A DNA stretch of 62,610 bases, the filler included, from Collodictyon triciliatum (Eukaryota), in NCBI GenBank assembly GCA_043381765.1. It is 12 parts of 12 records of this genome, joined end to end, with 100 filler letters (N's around TTAATTAATTAA, not from the genome) between each part and the next. Parts side by side here need not be neighbours in the genome. Positions count along the whole stretch, not along the records: positions 48,429 to 53,697 come from JBHJMP010005336.1; positions 53,798 to 59,066 come from JBHJMP010005337.1; positions 59,167 to 62,610 come from JBHJMP010005429.1; 9 more parts are not named here. One strand, written 5' to 3'. Positions 48,522-62,200 of the stretch are shown here, piece after piece (positions within the stretch are counted from its first letter, which is position 1; each line of letters begins with the position of its first letter). The notes below the pieces were generated by a model, which ran no database searches, was not told where the DNA came from, and saw nothing but the letters and a program-made list of their open reading frames with translations. The position numbers and the translations under genes are program-made.

Positions 48522-49607
48522 TTTGACATCACCCGAACTCCAGAGGTCGAGAAGCTCCCCGCAGTCTCAAAGTCATGAATCACAGATTCAGCCTGCTCTG
48601 CCGTCTCAAACTCTACAAAACCAAATCCTTTCGGAATTCTTGTGACAGGAAACTTTGGGACGCTCGTATATAGTATGTTTCCATAGTGCCCAAACAAGAG
48701 TCGGAGTGATTCGTGACTTATTTGATCGGGAAGTCGCTCCTTATCACCCAACATAAAAGAGTAAATACACAGGGAAAAATGGCTTCAGCTGAGACTTTTT
48801 TTTAAAAAAAAACTTTAAAACTATTAAAAAAAAAAACCTGCTCACATATGTTTAAATTAATAGAAAACAAACAACGTATATAGTCCTTTCATCTGCATGC
48901 GTGTCTTTTGGGATTGGATCTGTCCGACGAATCCTTTTCTTGTTCGGAGAGACTTCAAGCTTATCGGAAGTTTGTGCAGCTGACACTATATCCTCCAGAA
49001 GATTGGTAAGGACTTTCACCTTATTAAACCTGAGAAAAATGTTTACCGGAACCCCTATGTCGCATATGTACATATTTAATTAAGAAATCATTAAAGTTTA
49101 CCATTGAATGATGCAATCATATACATATTTATAAAATAAACGATTAACCCGACTATGTGACATGGTATCTAGACGCATATCACATATAAATTGGCATTGA
49201 CATAAAACAAAAAAAAAACCAAGGAATACAAAACAAAACAAAACAAAACAAAACTAAATACAAAGCAATACAAAAAAAAAGCGAAGCAAACCAAAATAAA
49301 ATAAACTCAATAATATTCACGGACAGCCTTTGCCCGATTGATCCTGCTGCACAAGCTTGCCAAGATATCTGTCCTTGCAGAGGTTTGCATTCCCAAAGTA
49401 AAACTCCAATAAGTCACGTATTGCATCCCGTTTACTCTCGGAGGCGATTTGGGAAGCTTGCTCTGCGCCTTGTGTTTTGTCCAACTCCTTTGGCAGGTCA
49501 CTTTTGCATTTGCCTTTGCTTTTGTTTGTCGCCGGAATCACCTCCGCTTTGGCCGAAAACTGTGCTGTTTCGCACGAAGACGAAGACACTGCATTGGACT
49601 CGGCCAT
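48522..49607 (-). CDS. LARP7: La-related protein, LARP7-like (La motif + RRM1), 3'-partial
   Basis: LEFYFGNANLCKDRYL, FNKVKVLT, DERTIYVERLP, LFGHYGNILYTSVPKF, PKGFGFVEFETAEQA. Confidence 0.75.
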
Positions 49608-49976
49608 TTCTGATCGCGCCTGAACAAAAGTGACCTTTTGCAGTGCACTGTTAGAATAAAAAAGAAAAAGAAAACAGAAAAAGAAAAAGAAAAAGAAAAA
49701 GAAAAAAGTGGTTGGGGCGCACCCGAAGACAAGGAGAATCAGTTCATATGATAATACAAAATAGTCTCTTCTAGCTGCCTTTTCTTTATCGGTTTTTCTT
49801 ATTATTATTATTTTATTTTTTTTGTGAGCAGGTTAATACGATTATGAGGAGCGCTTGGAGGAGGTTGTAATTTTATTTTATTTTATTTTTTCTGCCAAAA
49901 CCCAAATGTTGCGAATATGTTAAGTACGAGGTAAACATACTCTCCCATAGCCTCGTCACAGGACTTTCATCCTTGT

Positions 49977-51262
49977 TTATTTTTCGTCCAATGAGACATT
50001 CCCTCGGTAATCCGGCTCAGAAAAAAGCTGAAGCAGGCGCGCTGTAACGACATCCTCGGGATTCTCATCAAGGTACATCCGAATGCACTCCCCAGGTATC
50101 TTTCGGTCATGCGGGTGCTTTGACACCATCTCATGTAGTTGGTTGCCCATTGCAATTTTCGACAGCATCCCTTGCACTTGTGGCGAGCTCTCGTCTTGCT
50201 CTGACATGCACCCAAGAAGCTCGTACACTTTTGTCTGCGATTTCCTATGATGTGGATGACCATCCAATATTTATCAATTAATTACAAATACACATATAAG
50301 AGACTGCAATTCGATGTTTCACGCTTGGATTCGAGAGTATATGCCACTTTTTTTTTTGTTCATGTGTTGAATTCTTCAATGCCTCATTTGGTGTCGATTG
50401 AAACTGGTCTGTCTTACCTCCCTTTGACTGCGACCGACTCAAGATGGCGTGCATACACTTTACTTTTCACGAGCTCAAAAGTATCTTCGCTTATCAATAT
50501 TCGCGACTGATATCTCTTGTTCAGCGCCTCCAACCTGCGCGTTGTAATATGTAATCCTGCTCATGTTCTCATGCAACCCAGCAATTATAAGAAGCACGTT
50601 ATGCCTGTTGAACACATATTTTTTTTTTAAAAAAAAATAAACTTTTCTTTAAATCGATTAATTACCTCGATGCAAGGTTCATTGAATCTCCAACTGCGTC
50701 GTATTTCATACGATTCTCAGAGCCGATGTTTCCTGCCATTACATTACCAGTATTGAGTCCTATACGGACACGGAGTGGTGATGATATCAGCTTTCTTGCC
50801 ATCCAGTCTTTGTTTAGCTGCTCTATCGCCATCTATGAGTAATTCAAGGGAATATATGCTTTTTAACCACCACCACCGCCAAGGCATAGTGTCGTAGTAT
50901 TTCTTACAAACCATTCACGCATATGAAAACATAATTAATCACCTGTTGCTTAACTGCACACAGCACCCCACACATAGCATGGTCCGGAACATCAACAGGT
51001 GCATTCCATAGGGCCTTTAATTTAATATATCACGAATGGGGCATATTACTTCATATGGAGTTTCTGCATTCGCATGCCATATCCAAAAAGCCTTTACGAT
51101 ATTGGGATGAGGATGATGATAATGAGAATGATAGTGAGAATGATGATGATGATGATGATAATGAAAATGATAGTGAGAATGATAGTGAGAATGATAGTGA
51201 GAATGATAGTGAGAATGATAGTGAGAATGATAGTGAGAATGATAGTGAGAATGATAGTGAGA

Positions 51263-51296
<34 letters not shown>

Positions 51297-53627
51297 GAAT
51301 GAGAATGAGAATGATGATGATGATGATGAGAATGAGAATGATAGTGAGAATGGTGGTGATGAGAATTTGATGATGATGCAGTGTTTACATTACACGTGCA
51401 CCGGTGACATGCAATTCATGTGGATATGTTGTGTTTTTTTTTTTTTTGCCTATATCTAGGTTGTACTGACTGACTTACAACTATCGCATCGCCGATAAAG
51501 TCGAGGACAGTTCCGCCACTTCCCAGGATGAGCTGTGACATCTCATTCAGATACTCTGACAAAATAACCATCAAAACGTCGGCACTCAGCCTCTCAGACA
51601 GCTCTGTGAAGCCCTCCACATCTAATAACAGCATACGAAAGACATTATGAGTCATTTAAATTATGTTACGAAAAAAATTACAGACTCGAAACAAATAATC
51701 AGAAGAGTACAGCTTCAATTGTATGAATGGCAAATAGATTGGGCTAGGTAGATGAGGAAGAGCATTTGATTCCATTTGTAGTGTTATGGTTATTTATGAA
51801 CATTCAATTTTAAGCTCGTGGCAACCCTGCACTACGGAATTAAATCTCACCAGAGAAAAGAATGGTCACCTCTCGCTTCTCTACAAACAACTTTCTCTGG
51901 TCGTTCATGTCGTGGACAATTCTTTTGACCACAGCCATCGGTACAAACTTGCCAAAGGACCGAAGCGCTGTGTCCATGGCCTAGACATACAATCATATCA
52001 TGGGTTTTCATCATCCGAGAAACGTTAGAATGATAGAATGGAAAGAAAGTCTTAGATTTTAATTTATATCCACAAGTTTCGCACATAATGTCAAGATACC
52101 TGAAATGATGACTCTATCATACTGATTTCTCTGAGATACGAGTTCTTGGAACTTACCTGATATATTATTATTAGTTTCGGTTTTAGGTTACATATTACTC
52201 CGGTTTTCTTTATTTTTAAAAAAATTATATACTGCTTCCTTACAAGGTCGACTTGGTCGAAGTTGAGCCGTGAGATGTTTTGCATAGCTAGCGCGACCTT
52301 GTTGAGTGGTCTGTCGTCGAATAATTAAGTTTGAAAACGGCATGAATGTGAAAAAACGACCAGAGGCATGCTCTTGCATAATCATAACTATCATCATCTT
52401 TTAGCTTTATTATACGCTAGTAATCGATTGTAATGAAATATCGATTGTCAAAACAACATTGCATTAAAGGTAAGAGAGGAATAAAATAGATTGCAACATT
52501 GCTCGTGTATATGCTCACCTGGTCACATAGATACCGAATCCAAGAATTCCAACCGTCAGTCCCGCGATAATGCAAAAGACTGTGATGATGGTCTTTTTGT
52601 TATTTTGTTGGATATCCCCCAAGAACTTTTCTTCTGGCACAATCGTCACTAGTGTCCAGGTGACATGCGGTCTACGGATACCAGAAAAATTGATGATGTA
52701 TCTCGTTCCGTCAATCTAATGGCCAACCGAGTATGCTATCAGTTTTTTAAGGTGGTCCGTGTTTCCATCCGATCACATGTTTATGTAAAATATAAAACAC
52801 GAGTTCTCTGAATATTCTTTGATTGGGCCATCTTTCTAGATATGTGCATGCTCTAAAGCACGTTGAATCCTTATAGTTTATATGTGTTTTTCTTTTTTGT
52901 TCTTTTTCTGTTTGTGCAAAATGGTGGAAGTTTCGTACATCATGTCGTTGTTACTTACAGATAACGTGACTACTCTCGTTTTCTCATCCAATGTGCTCCA
53001 ACCTGAATAGTATACAGTAAATCTACAAATGTGTAACGTGATACATCACAGTGTATCTTGCTTCATAACTTGATGATTATTTATACGCCCCAGCAACTGA
53101 ATTCTGCATATTACACATTCGTAAGGTAGAATGAGATTGTATACCTCCGCTAGATATTCCCCTGACGTAGCGGTTGATACCCCGTACAAGAGTGTCCCTC
53201 ACGTTCTCGATTTGTGCTGGGACGATTGTGCATGAAGGGCTATCAACAGGTACGCACTCTTGAATAGGGAATCCAAGGGATGTGCCGATGACCTGACCTT
53301 GCTCGTTGACTACAATCGTGTCGGATTCTCTACGCTCCTGCAGAATGAAAGAGAGTGATGCATAATTGGTGAGAATATTGAAAGAAAGGAAGAAAAAGAG
53401 CGGATGCAAGGTGAAACAATCACATCGGTGAAGACGACTTGCGCAACTCATTTTAAAGAAGGCTGGGGCATTCGGTTGTGCGATTTTTAGTTTTGGATGA
53501 TGCATCCGTTTATAATTTGTCCAAGAGTACCTTGATATCCCCAAGCAAGATGTTGACGAAGCCAAACTCCATGTCTGAAGTCACTACGCCCAGCCACTTT
53601 CCATCCCAACTGTATGCACCTCGTGAA
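49977..53627 (-). CDS. Membrane class III nucleotide cyclase with a Cache-like sensor, TM helix and HAMP-like linker; 5'-partial
   Basis: WLGVVTSD, WTLVTIVP, TM, PLNKVALAMQNISRLNFD...[89 protein letters not shown]. Confidence 0.92.
51108..51376. repeat. Compound intronic repeat (GAGAATGATAGT)n/(GAT)n
   Basis: Lies between cyclase exons IGDAIV and ALWNAP. Confidence 0.9.
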
Positions 53628-53657
53628 CTGTGAAACGACATTTAGCGAAAAATAAAA

Positions 53658-53697
<40 letters not shown>

Positions 53698-54250
53698 NNN
53701 NNNNNNNNNNNNNNNNNNNNNNNNNNNNNNNNNNNNNNNNNTTAATTAATTAANNNNNNNNNNNNNNNNNNNNNNNNNNNNNNNNNNNNNNNNNNNNTTA
53801 TTCTTTTTATTCTTTTTATTCTTTTTATTCTTTTTATTCTTTTTATTCTTTTTATTCTTTTTATTCTTTTTATTCTTTTTATTCTTTTTATTCTTTGTAT
53901 CCTTTGCATCCTTTGTATCCTTTGTATCCTTTGTATTGCTTAAAATTTTCCATTTTATTTCAGAGAATTGATAGCTCATGTATAGCACCGAAGTGAAGAG
54001 ATATTAAGGGAAAACATGTATGTGTGTCAAGTAGCAAGATAAGTTCACGATTTATGAGTGATAGATATGCCGTTTTTTCGATACACCATGAAGAATGACT
54101 TAAATCGAACCATCATCTTATCCAGGATTATTTTTTTTGAAAAAAAAAAAAAGAAAGGTTGTTCAATCCCCTTTGGCATTGCTGAATGTACGAACTATAA
54201 ACTGAAAATTTTATCAATATCCGATTTATCATAGAAGTATAATTTCCCTC

Positions 54251-55340
54251 CTATTTGGCCTCATGAGGGTCATTTTGTTCGTCCGGTCTTATAGAACTTT
54301 GCCGATCAAATTCACCGGGACATGCTAAAAAGTTTGAATCGGAGTTGAAAATCAACAGCCCGTCTTCAAAAATTTGGTAATCTGGTGCTAGAACATCATT
54401 TGGGGTAATCTGGTTGACATAAAAAAAGTCGAGGCCCTCTGATACTCTCCACTGATCCGTAATGAATAGCGTTATCTTTTTATCAACTGTCGAAGGCGGG
54501 ATATAACATATAATGGAAAACTCTGAAACATATGCCGCCTCTAAAGTCTCCTGAATATCACCTGATGTAGTTGATTCAAAAGCTACGCAAGAACAGTCGG
54601 GCGTAAAACCACATCCTATAATCTCAATAGCTGTCTTTGTAGTAGGAACATATATGAAATCATCAGGTTTGAATCCCTTCAATTGTATCGGTGGTAGGGT
54701 TCTGTGGGTGTCGTGTTGTTTTTCAGAACTACAGATGAAAGATTATTCAAAGTATTCCAAAAATATAATATCAACGTCACGTATTGGCAATTATTTTTGT
54801 TATTTTTACCTATTTATTGAAGCTTCTGTGACTACCGGGTCTTGATCTGTAAAGGATGTTAAATAGTGGCTCTGTTCAAAATCGCTCATTCCGAGAGAGA
54901 AACCACTAGGGCTGAAGTCAAGGAAATCTGAGCTTTCGTATAGGCTACCAAGTTTCTGGTATGACTTATCCTCCCAAAACTCTGATTCATTTGATAATCT
55001 GCAGACGTCTATGGGTTTTTCTTGTGGCGCTGTGCTGGTTTCTGTTTCAATCGATGAATCATCTTCATTTGATGATAGAAATCTCTGATGAAGTTTTCTG
55101 ATGCATGACGTTACTCTGTGAATATCCCTATTCCAAAATGCTATCTTTACTTTGCTATTCCAAATTTATCAATAAATCACCATATACTTACGCCTCTGCA
55201 TCCAGAATATTGCTTCGTTTCGATGTCTTTTTTCCAATTTTCCTGCTCTTTGACGAGATTGAATTGTTGATTCTTGAGTAATTGTGCAGGGGCTCCGGCG
55301 GTGGCTGGTATGTGATTAAGTGAGGCAATTCATGGTCCAT
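54251..55340 (-). CDS. IPT/TIG-like domain protein with a low-complexity N-terminus, 3 coding exons
   Basis: Phase-consistent exons starting MDHELP; C-terminal IEIIGCGF...AAYVSEFSIICYIPP...ITLFITD...SEGLDFFYV pattern. Confidence 0.65.
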
Positions 55341-57515
55341 GGAATCAACCTCCTAAATGGTGTGTGACACGGTTTAGTTAAAGAGAAATCTGTAAATTGA
55401 CAATTTTTTATTTACTCTATGGAAAATGAACTACCCCGGTCGTAGAGTCTATCACTTCCTTGATGAGTTCCTTGTGAATTTACCAAAGTGAATCTTTAGT
55501 ACCGATATTCATTCCAGCATCAAAATTTTTGAGAAACTAGGAAGTTCGGGAGGCGATGGTCCTCGATGTGATAAAGATTACAATTGTCGTCGCTGTCATG
55601 AGAGTTTCGAAATGATGGCACGTTCCAGCAAGGCGAGAAATAAACTCTTTTGCAAGGTCGACCGCGTAGATAACAGCGTGTGATGTTCTGGTGGGCATTT
55701 TTGGTTCAGTTGATTTCAAAACAGCTATATTTTCTGTGCATGTGAGCAAGTGCTTTCTTCGCGGATTCATCGGGGGCTGCTTTTCATCGAGGTACTTGAG
55801 TTGTCTGGTTCGATGTTGGCCTAAATAATCCAGCACGTCGAATTTCCGAACGAAGATAATCCCATCGTATATGAATGACTGCACAGGTCTTTGAAGCTGG
55901 CGATGTGCTTGGACTCTGCGATGCCCCATTTCTATCAAAGTTTATACGCCATGAATTATGTTGATATGATTCTTTAAACTGTTGAGAAAAGCTCGGGCTA
56001 TTATTTCCTCTTCAATTTTTTCAAACCCCGCGGAATATTTACTCATTTTAACTTATTCTTTTTTTTCTTTTCCTGGGAGAAAGGAGCAAGTAAGCTTGGT
56101 AACTGCTCTTTTACAACTCTTGAATATAGTTTCTCAAAAGTGTTCGCCATCATTTTATTCTTGTGATGATTAATTTATTGTGATGGCGGCCTTGTGATTG
56201 ACCTCGAATTTCCAATTTATATGTGCCCGCTTTCTGGACTTGGACAAGCGGTCATTCCACTCACCAGAAGGATGGTAATCACACTTCCCTTTAGAGAATC
56301 TTTTCATTCTTTCTTCTTTTTTTTTTTTTTCCTCCTCCTCATTTTTAGATTCTGTGATTTAATGGAAAATAGTTGTCTTTGTTGCGTAGAATGCCTTTCG
56401 CCAATGTTAAGAATAAGGGGATGTCTGTGGGGTTACATTTAAATCATGCGGTCAGTCTTGGTTTGCATATGTAGAATAAGATGAAGAAAAAATCCAAAGA
56501 AAGGCTGCGTGTTCAAAGTCATAATCACCAACTCTTTGGCATAATCACAAACAATCACAGGAACCGCACCAATCATTAGATTTGTTGGAGCGCAAGTAGG
56601 TTCGTTTTTGTGGTGTTGAATCAAAGACAATCGAAAACAAAACAAAATAAAACAAAAATAAAATATATATATTTCAACAGAACATCTATGCTACACAAAA
56701 GACTCTGTATTAGTCACATTGTCGTCCAACTTGTCACGTTCGTGCTTCTGGAAGTGCTGTGCTCAGGTTTTTAATACTCCAAAGCGACTCCTACCAACCT
56801 CACTTCCTTCCTTTCAGAAAACCACACCCTCCTATTTGCTCCTACCTTCCTTTCTGTGTGCTCCTCCTGCATTTGTCCTGATACTGACATGTCCGTGAGG
56901 AAGGCGACACTGGCGAAGATGAAAGCAGCCTCCGCGGGCTGAAAAGCACTCACCAAGCAGCTGGCGCTGGTCTGGCTATTATTGCGCTTGTCGCTGTTGT
57001 TTGGACCTACTCCCACACGCGAGGCGAAACACGTCTCCCTGACTCTGATCCTCCGAATCGCATCAACTTTGGACGCAGATACACTCATCAGCCGCCGCGC
57101 GGGGTTCAGAGCCGGCATTGGCCCCAACACGATCGCTCTTGGTACTTGAGGCAATGGTGGACTTGACACAAACAATGGCATCTCACTTTCCTTCGCTCAA
57201 TGTCTCGCTTGGAGACTTCTAGGCACATTTTTTTTCTTCTTTTTTTTATATCATTATTGATATCGTCACTTATTATTGACTAGTTTTACATGTCACCGAT
57301 AAAAGCTTTGAAAGTCGCTTGAGGAGTTTAGCATGTATCTGATATGATTTATCTCTTGTCTGGCGGGTTCGTAATGCCTATGGTTTCGGTTCATCGACTC
57401 ATTTTTTCTGGTTTGTAAGGATTCGGACTGGTGATTTTATATCGAAACAGCTTGGAATATGCCATGACCATCGAGAATTGCGGAGAATCAGGTGCTAAGG
57501 ACCGCCTTTGGTTCT

Positions 57516-57926
57516 TCAGGCGAAAGAAAAATGGCGACGGCGCTCCGTATGAGATGGGGCGACGTGAGCAGCATCCTCCTTTGTTGTCCAGGATGGCTGT
57601 GGTTGGGGTTGCATTCGAGGAGTGGAATGCCGATGCATTTTTCGGCGGTGCGAAGCTTTTTTTCTCTTAGGAAGGTGTAATCGACAAAAGAAAAAAAACT
57701 CCAAGGGGTGACGCTAACATCTTTCCTTTCATTTTCCATCATCTCTTCCTTCTTTCGGCGGAGAGCTTGATTGTTATATGGTTCAATGATGTGGATTTGT
57801 CCTTGTTCGTACGATTTGCGTGATGTATGCGAAATCTTATAAAAAGAAGAAAAAGCGCGCAATGTTGGGAAAATATTGCAGAACATGTACATAGCCTGTA
57901 TCCAGTAAGCTATTTTTTTTTGTCAT
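57516..57926 (-). CDS. Small basic protein of about 100 aa, unknown function, 3 exons
   Basis: MTKKNSLLDTGY|ISHTSRKSYEQG...MENERKD|RKKASHRRK...HFSFA*, joined by two phase-0 GT-AG introns. Confidence 0.45.
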
Positions 57927-58088
57927 GATTATCAGGCTTTGTGGATTAATTATGGATTATTCATTTAATTCCTAACCAATCGTGCGATTGGATGGATTGA
58001 TAATAGCGGCTTATTATGTAAAAGGGAGAACACAAGCGAGACAAAGCGGAGGCGAAGCCGGAGGGTTGAAGAGGGGGTTGAAGAAGCT

Positions 58089-58820
58089 CTACGCCGCTCC
58101 AGAAACCATATTGCAGAATTTAGCATAATCGACCTGGTCTGGTGTGGATTCAAAGTGTGGCCAAAGAACTTCATAGTCTCGTGTAGACATCGGAATCCTG
58201 GTCAACCCGAGAGCTCGCTGGAATTGGGCTCTAGGGGGACAGAGCAGCATCACCAATTATTCATGGCGCATACAAATATGAAACAGTATTCGAATGAATA
58301 ACATATATTCCAAATTAAAGATAGAGTGCAAGAGATACTGAAACAGTATTATCACAATCTGCCTATATTGATTGGTCTTCATGAATTGAGCAGCTTGGTA
58401 TCAATAAGAAATCCCAACCTTGATATGCGGCTAATGTTCGAACGGTCGTAATCCTGGAAGTACTGTTTCGGCATGATTCGCCCTCGTGTTATGTCACTCG
58501 AAATGCGAGAGAGAAGTTGCTTAATTGCACCATCAGGAAGGGAAGAGATGCTATCGCCGGAGGGCGTATGTGTTTGTGTGGTTTTCGGAGGGTTCGAAAT
58601 GACGTTTTCCACCGTTGATTCCAAAACAGATGCTCCTGTGGGTCGATATTTTATTCGTATTTTTTATGCCATCTTCTGTGAATGGGCATGTCATTTTTGC
58701 AAAAGATATAGGGGAAAAAAATACCCTTATTTCCATCAATTTGGCGCTGGAACATGACCCAGTCCACATTGCCAGGATGGTTCGTATGGGTAAATCTGGT
58801 GGCCAGTGCCTCTGACTCTC
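58089..58820 (-). CDS. Multi-EF-hand protein (EFCAB6-related type, often cilium-associated), C-terminal part
   Basis: GNVDWVMFQRQID, FQDYDRSNISRISRAQFQRAL, DQVDYAKFCNMVSGAA*. Confidence 0.7.
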
Positions 58821-58896
58821 TGTAAATACCGAAAGATTAAATGGCATGGAATGCGCTCGGTTGTAAGGTGGAAAAGAAATATATGCATTCTTTTCT

Positions 58897-59066
58897 ATTC
58901 GGTTTTATTCGGTTTTATTCGGTTTTATTCGGTTTTATTCGGTTTTATTCGGTTTTATTCGGTTTTATTCGGTTTTATTCGGTTTTATTCGGTTTTATTC
59001 GGTTTTATTCGGTTTTATTCGGTTTTATTCGGTTTTATTCGGTTTTATTCGGTTTTATTCGGTTTT
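58897..59066. repeat. 10-bp tandem repeat (GGTTTTATTC)n at the contig end
   Basis: About 17 copies upstream of an EF-hand exon. Confidence 0.95.
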
Positions 59067-59166
59067 NNNNNNNNNNNNNNNNNNNNNNNNNNNNNNNNNN
59101 NNNNNNNNNNTTAATTAATTAANNNNNNNNNNNNNNNNNNNNNNNNNNNNNNNNNNNNNNNNNNNN

Positions 59167-59208
<42 letters not shown>

Positions 59209-59296
59209 AAAAAAAAACAAAAAAACAAAAAAAACAAAAAAAAAACAAAAAAAACCGATACTAAATGTCTTGAAATAAAACAATTAATTTACGCAC

Positions 59297-62200
59297 TGAT
59301 AAAGCTGTTCTTCGATTATCAAAGTTAATGAGGTAAGCCCTAACAGATAAAAAAGAATTGTGATTCCCCCATTAGCATTCTGATATCAGTAATAATAATA
59401 ACAATAACAATAACAATAATAGAAATAAAATAGTAGTAATATTAACACTAATTGTGATGATAGTAGTGATAGTGATAGAAAGCACCATAATCATAGAAAT
59501 GGAAGGTTTTATATAAGTGATTTCATGTAGATTTGAAGCTGAAGAAATACTTTCTGCTCCTAAGAAACACTTCAATAGCAGTATAACGCAAGATATATCT
59601 TCGATGGTGAATAGCAGTAACATCCAGACTACTAAATCTTATTTCATTCGTTTTTTGCTTTGCTGCCCTGATTATGATAGGTGAGAGTTCAAAATTACAT
59701 ATAAAGTTACATTTATATTTCTTTTAGAAAAAAAAACTTATTTCAAAAAATCCTATAAATAAAGCTTGTGAGTGATAACTGTGTAAAAAAAAAAATACCA
59801 AGAGGGAATATTAAAAAAAAGTTATCCTTTAAAGACAAAGAACAAGAAAATTTAAAAAAACAAGGAAAAAAAAAGGAAAATCATGTGCAAATTTATGGAC
59901 ACGCTACTCTTCTGAACTTGGAGTAAAAACGACAGAGTCTGTAATGATATCAAGTTTCCCTCCCAGCAATCTACTTGCAGTGACAAAGGAACACGGTATG
60001 GCAACCAACTGTTTTGTTAGAATCGATTTTTTTGCCTGGAAAGTTGTTGCCTTTGGATTATCAAGGGAATTTGTCAGTTGAAAATCCTCCTCTTCATCGA
60101 CCAAAAACTCTAGCTCATCGACTTCCCTTTTATTTATTTATTTATTTTAAAAAAATAGAGAAATTATTGTAAGTTATAATATTCAAGTGGGGACAAACAT
60201 AAACTATTTCATAAACTGTAGTATGCCAATTTCAAATCTATTACACTAATTTATTTATCTTTTTTTAGAGCTAGAATGGGGGTTCACTACCTCTCTTTCA
60301 TTTTAGGCGTAATGTGTAGTTTTGCTAATGTCTCTTCCAACTTCTCGCTTATTCCACTTGACCGTATACTTTCGTGTGCATTAGGCATCAAGTGTGTCTG
60401 CAGCAGAGTCTTATGAATCGGCTCGTCAGATTCTTTCAAACGAAAACGCATTCTCATGCTTGTCTCACTCTTATCTAGCTTAGAGTAAAGCCCTTTTTTT
60501 GTCGATGTTTGGCTCCATGGACCCATTTCAGATAGCATAAACTTGTTCAATTTCTTTACACGTTCACTTCCCTACCGATGTATTGAGTTTATATATAATT
60601 AAGGAAAATCATGGCGAATATTTTTTTCCTTTATTCGATTCAAAGTGGAAATCATGGCGAATATAAAAAAATATTTTAAAGAACAAATTGAAGAACCTTA
60701 TCCAAAATGTGTTTAAAAGAGTTGATGTGGCTTATATATTTCGAATGCTTCTTCTCACGGCTTTGTTGGCGTATGTTACTGCATTGAGACAGTAAAAAAA
60801 AAATAGTAGTTATGCGATACATCTCATTTAAGAAAGATGGCATTACATGTTCAAAATATAAACAAATAATACAAATAATTGGCTCTGTTTTGCAAGTCTT
60901 CATCTTCAAGGGCTCTTCTCCTTATCAAAGCATTGGCCCTTTTCTCTTTAAATTTATAGAAAGCCGCTTTTCTCATTTCTCTGACCTGCTCTGTGAATGA
61001 GTTTTCTATTTGTTCCACCTAGTAAAAGGATCATCAAAATAAATAACAAAAGATGTTATTACAAGTACCAATCGCACCATGTCAAATTTTGATTCAAGCG
61101 TTTCCCTTATCAGACTGTAGCTAAACATGAATTATTTATCAAATGCGGGACTATAATGTGCTTTGAGTACGAAGGAAACGAAAATAAAAGGATCTACTTG
61201 TGCCTACCTCATTGAACCTTTTTTTGGTAAGTTCTACAAACAATTCATGCCAATCTGGAAGAAAGTGATGACCTAGAAATAGAGAAATGGGGCTGGCTAT
61301 ATCTAAAACTGAAATGTAGTCTGCATTATACATGTTTTTTGGAATTTGTTGAAAATGTTGATGCAAATGCAGCTTTTTCTTGGACATGATGTGCTTCATC
61401 AGACTTGCTATTTCATTCTTTCCGGATGAATTTCCTTCAAAAACTGATAGTAAATGGTTTTTTTAAAATAAATCAAAGACATATAATTTGTTTCTAAAAC
61501 ATACATACTGCGTGCATACTGAATACTTAAATCCCCTTCCATTATAGAATTCTTTTCGAAAAAAAAAACATGTTAAAAAACATCTAAAAATACCGAGTGC
61601 AGACACAGCTCGGTCTAGTTGGTACAAAATGGACAGAAGTACGACCGAATTGTCATTTGATGAGTTGAGTAGAGGCTCCAGTAGGGACTTAAGTCTGCTT
61701 GATTGACGAAGCCAAAACTGGTCATTGACAGCGATAAGTTTTGTTTGTATCCCGGCGATCTTTTCAGGAGAGGACGGAAGAGGCTGTGCAATATCAAGCT
61801 ATTCAACAAAGAGGTTAATCAAGGCTCTTCAGTTATCTACCACATTATTACTTCAAGTGGTATTATGACTTTCAAATTCTGAATCTTATAGCGAAAAATG
61901 TGTTATAAAATACATGTATTGAATGATCCAATCTGTTTGCTGAAGAGCGATTTCGCTCAGAGTCTTTTAGTTTTGCTTTTTTCTCAATTAGCTTTTCTTT
62001 TGCCTCATTGATGCAAAATAGCACAAATCTTGAAAATATTCTTGATAATCCACCATCTTTTATCTGATTGTGCAAAGCTCACATTAATGTTACATTTGAT
62101 CATAAATAAATATATTTCTTTAATGGTATGCATAAAAAAAAAAAAAAGACTCACGTGAAACTGGTCATATTGCTTCAATGAACTTCCATTGTTCTTGTCA

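Noticed and set aside
51055-51459. Acidic D/E/N-rich ORF
   Set aside because: Intronic compound repeat antisense to the cyclase gene
55537-57181. ORFs at 55537-55938 and 56771-57181
   Set aside because: No recognisable motifs and no consistent splice path; may be UTR or promoter sequence
58148-58158. CACTTTGAATC match to the retroposon tail (minus strand)
   Set aside because: Only 11 bp, inside a coding exon, with no A tail or TSD; chance match
58897-59066. (GGTTTTATTC)n as a telomeric repeat
   Set aside because: It sits upstream of an internal exon of a 5'-truncated gene, and nearly every contig ends in a different simple repeat
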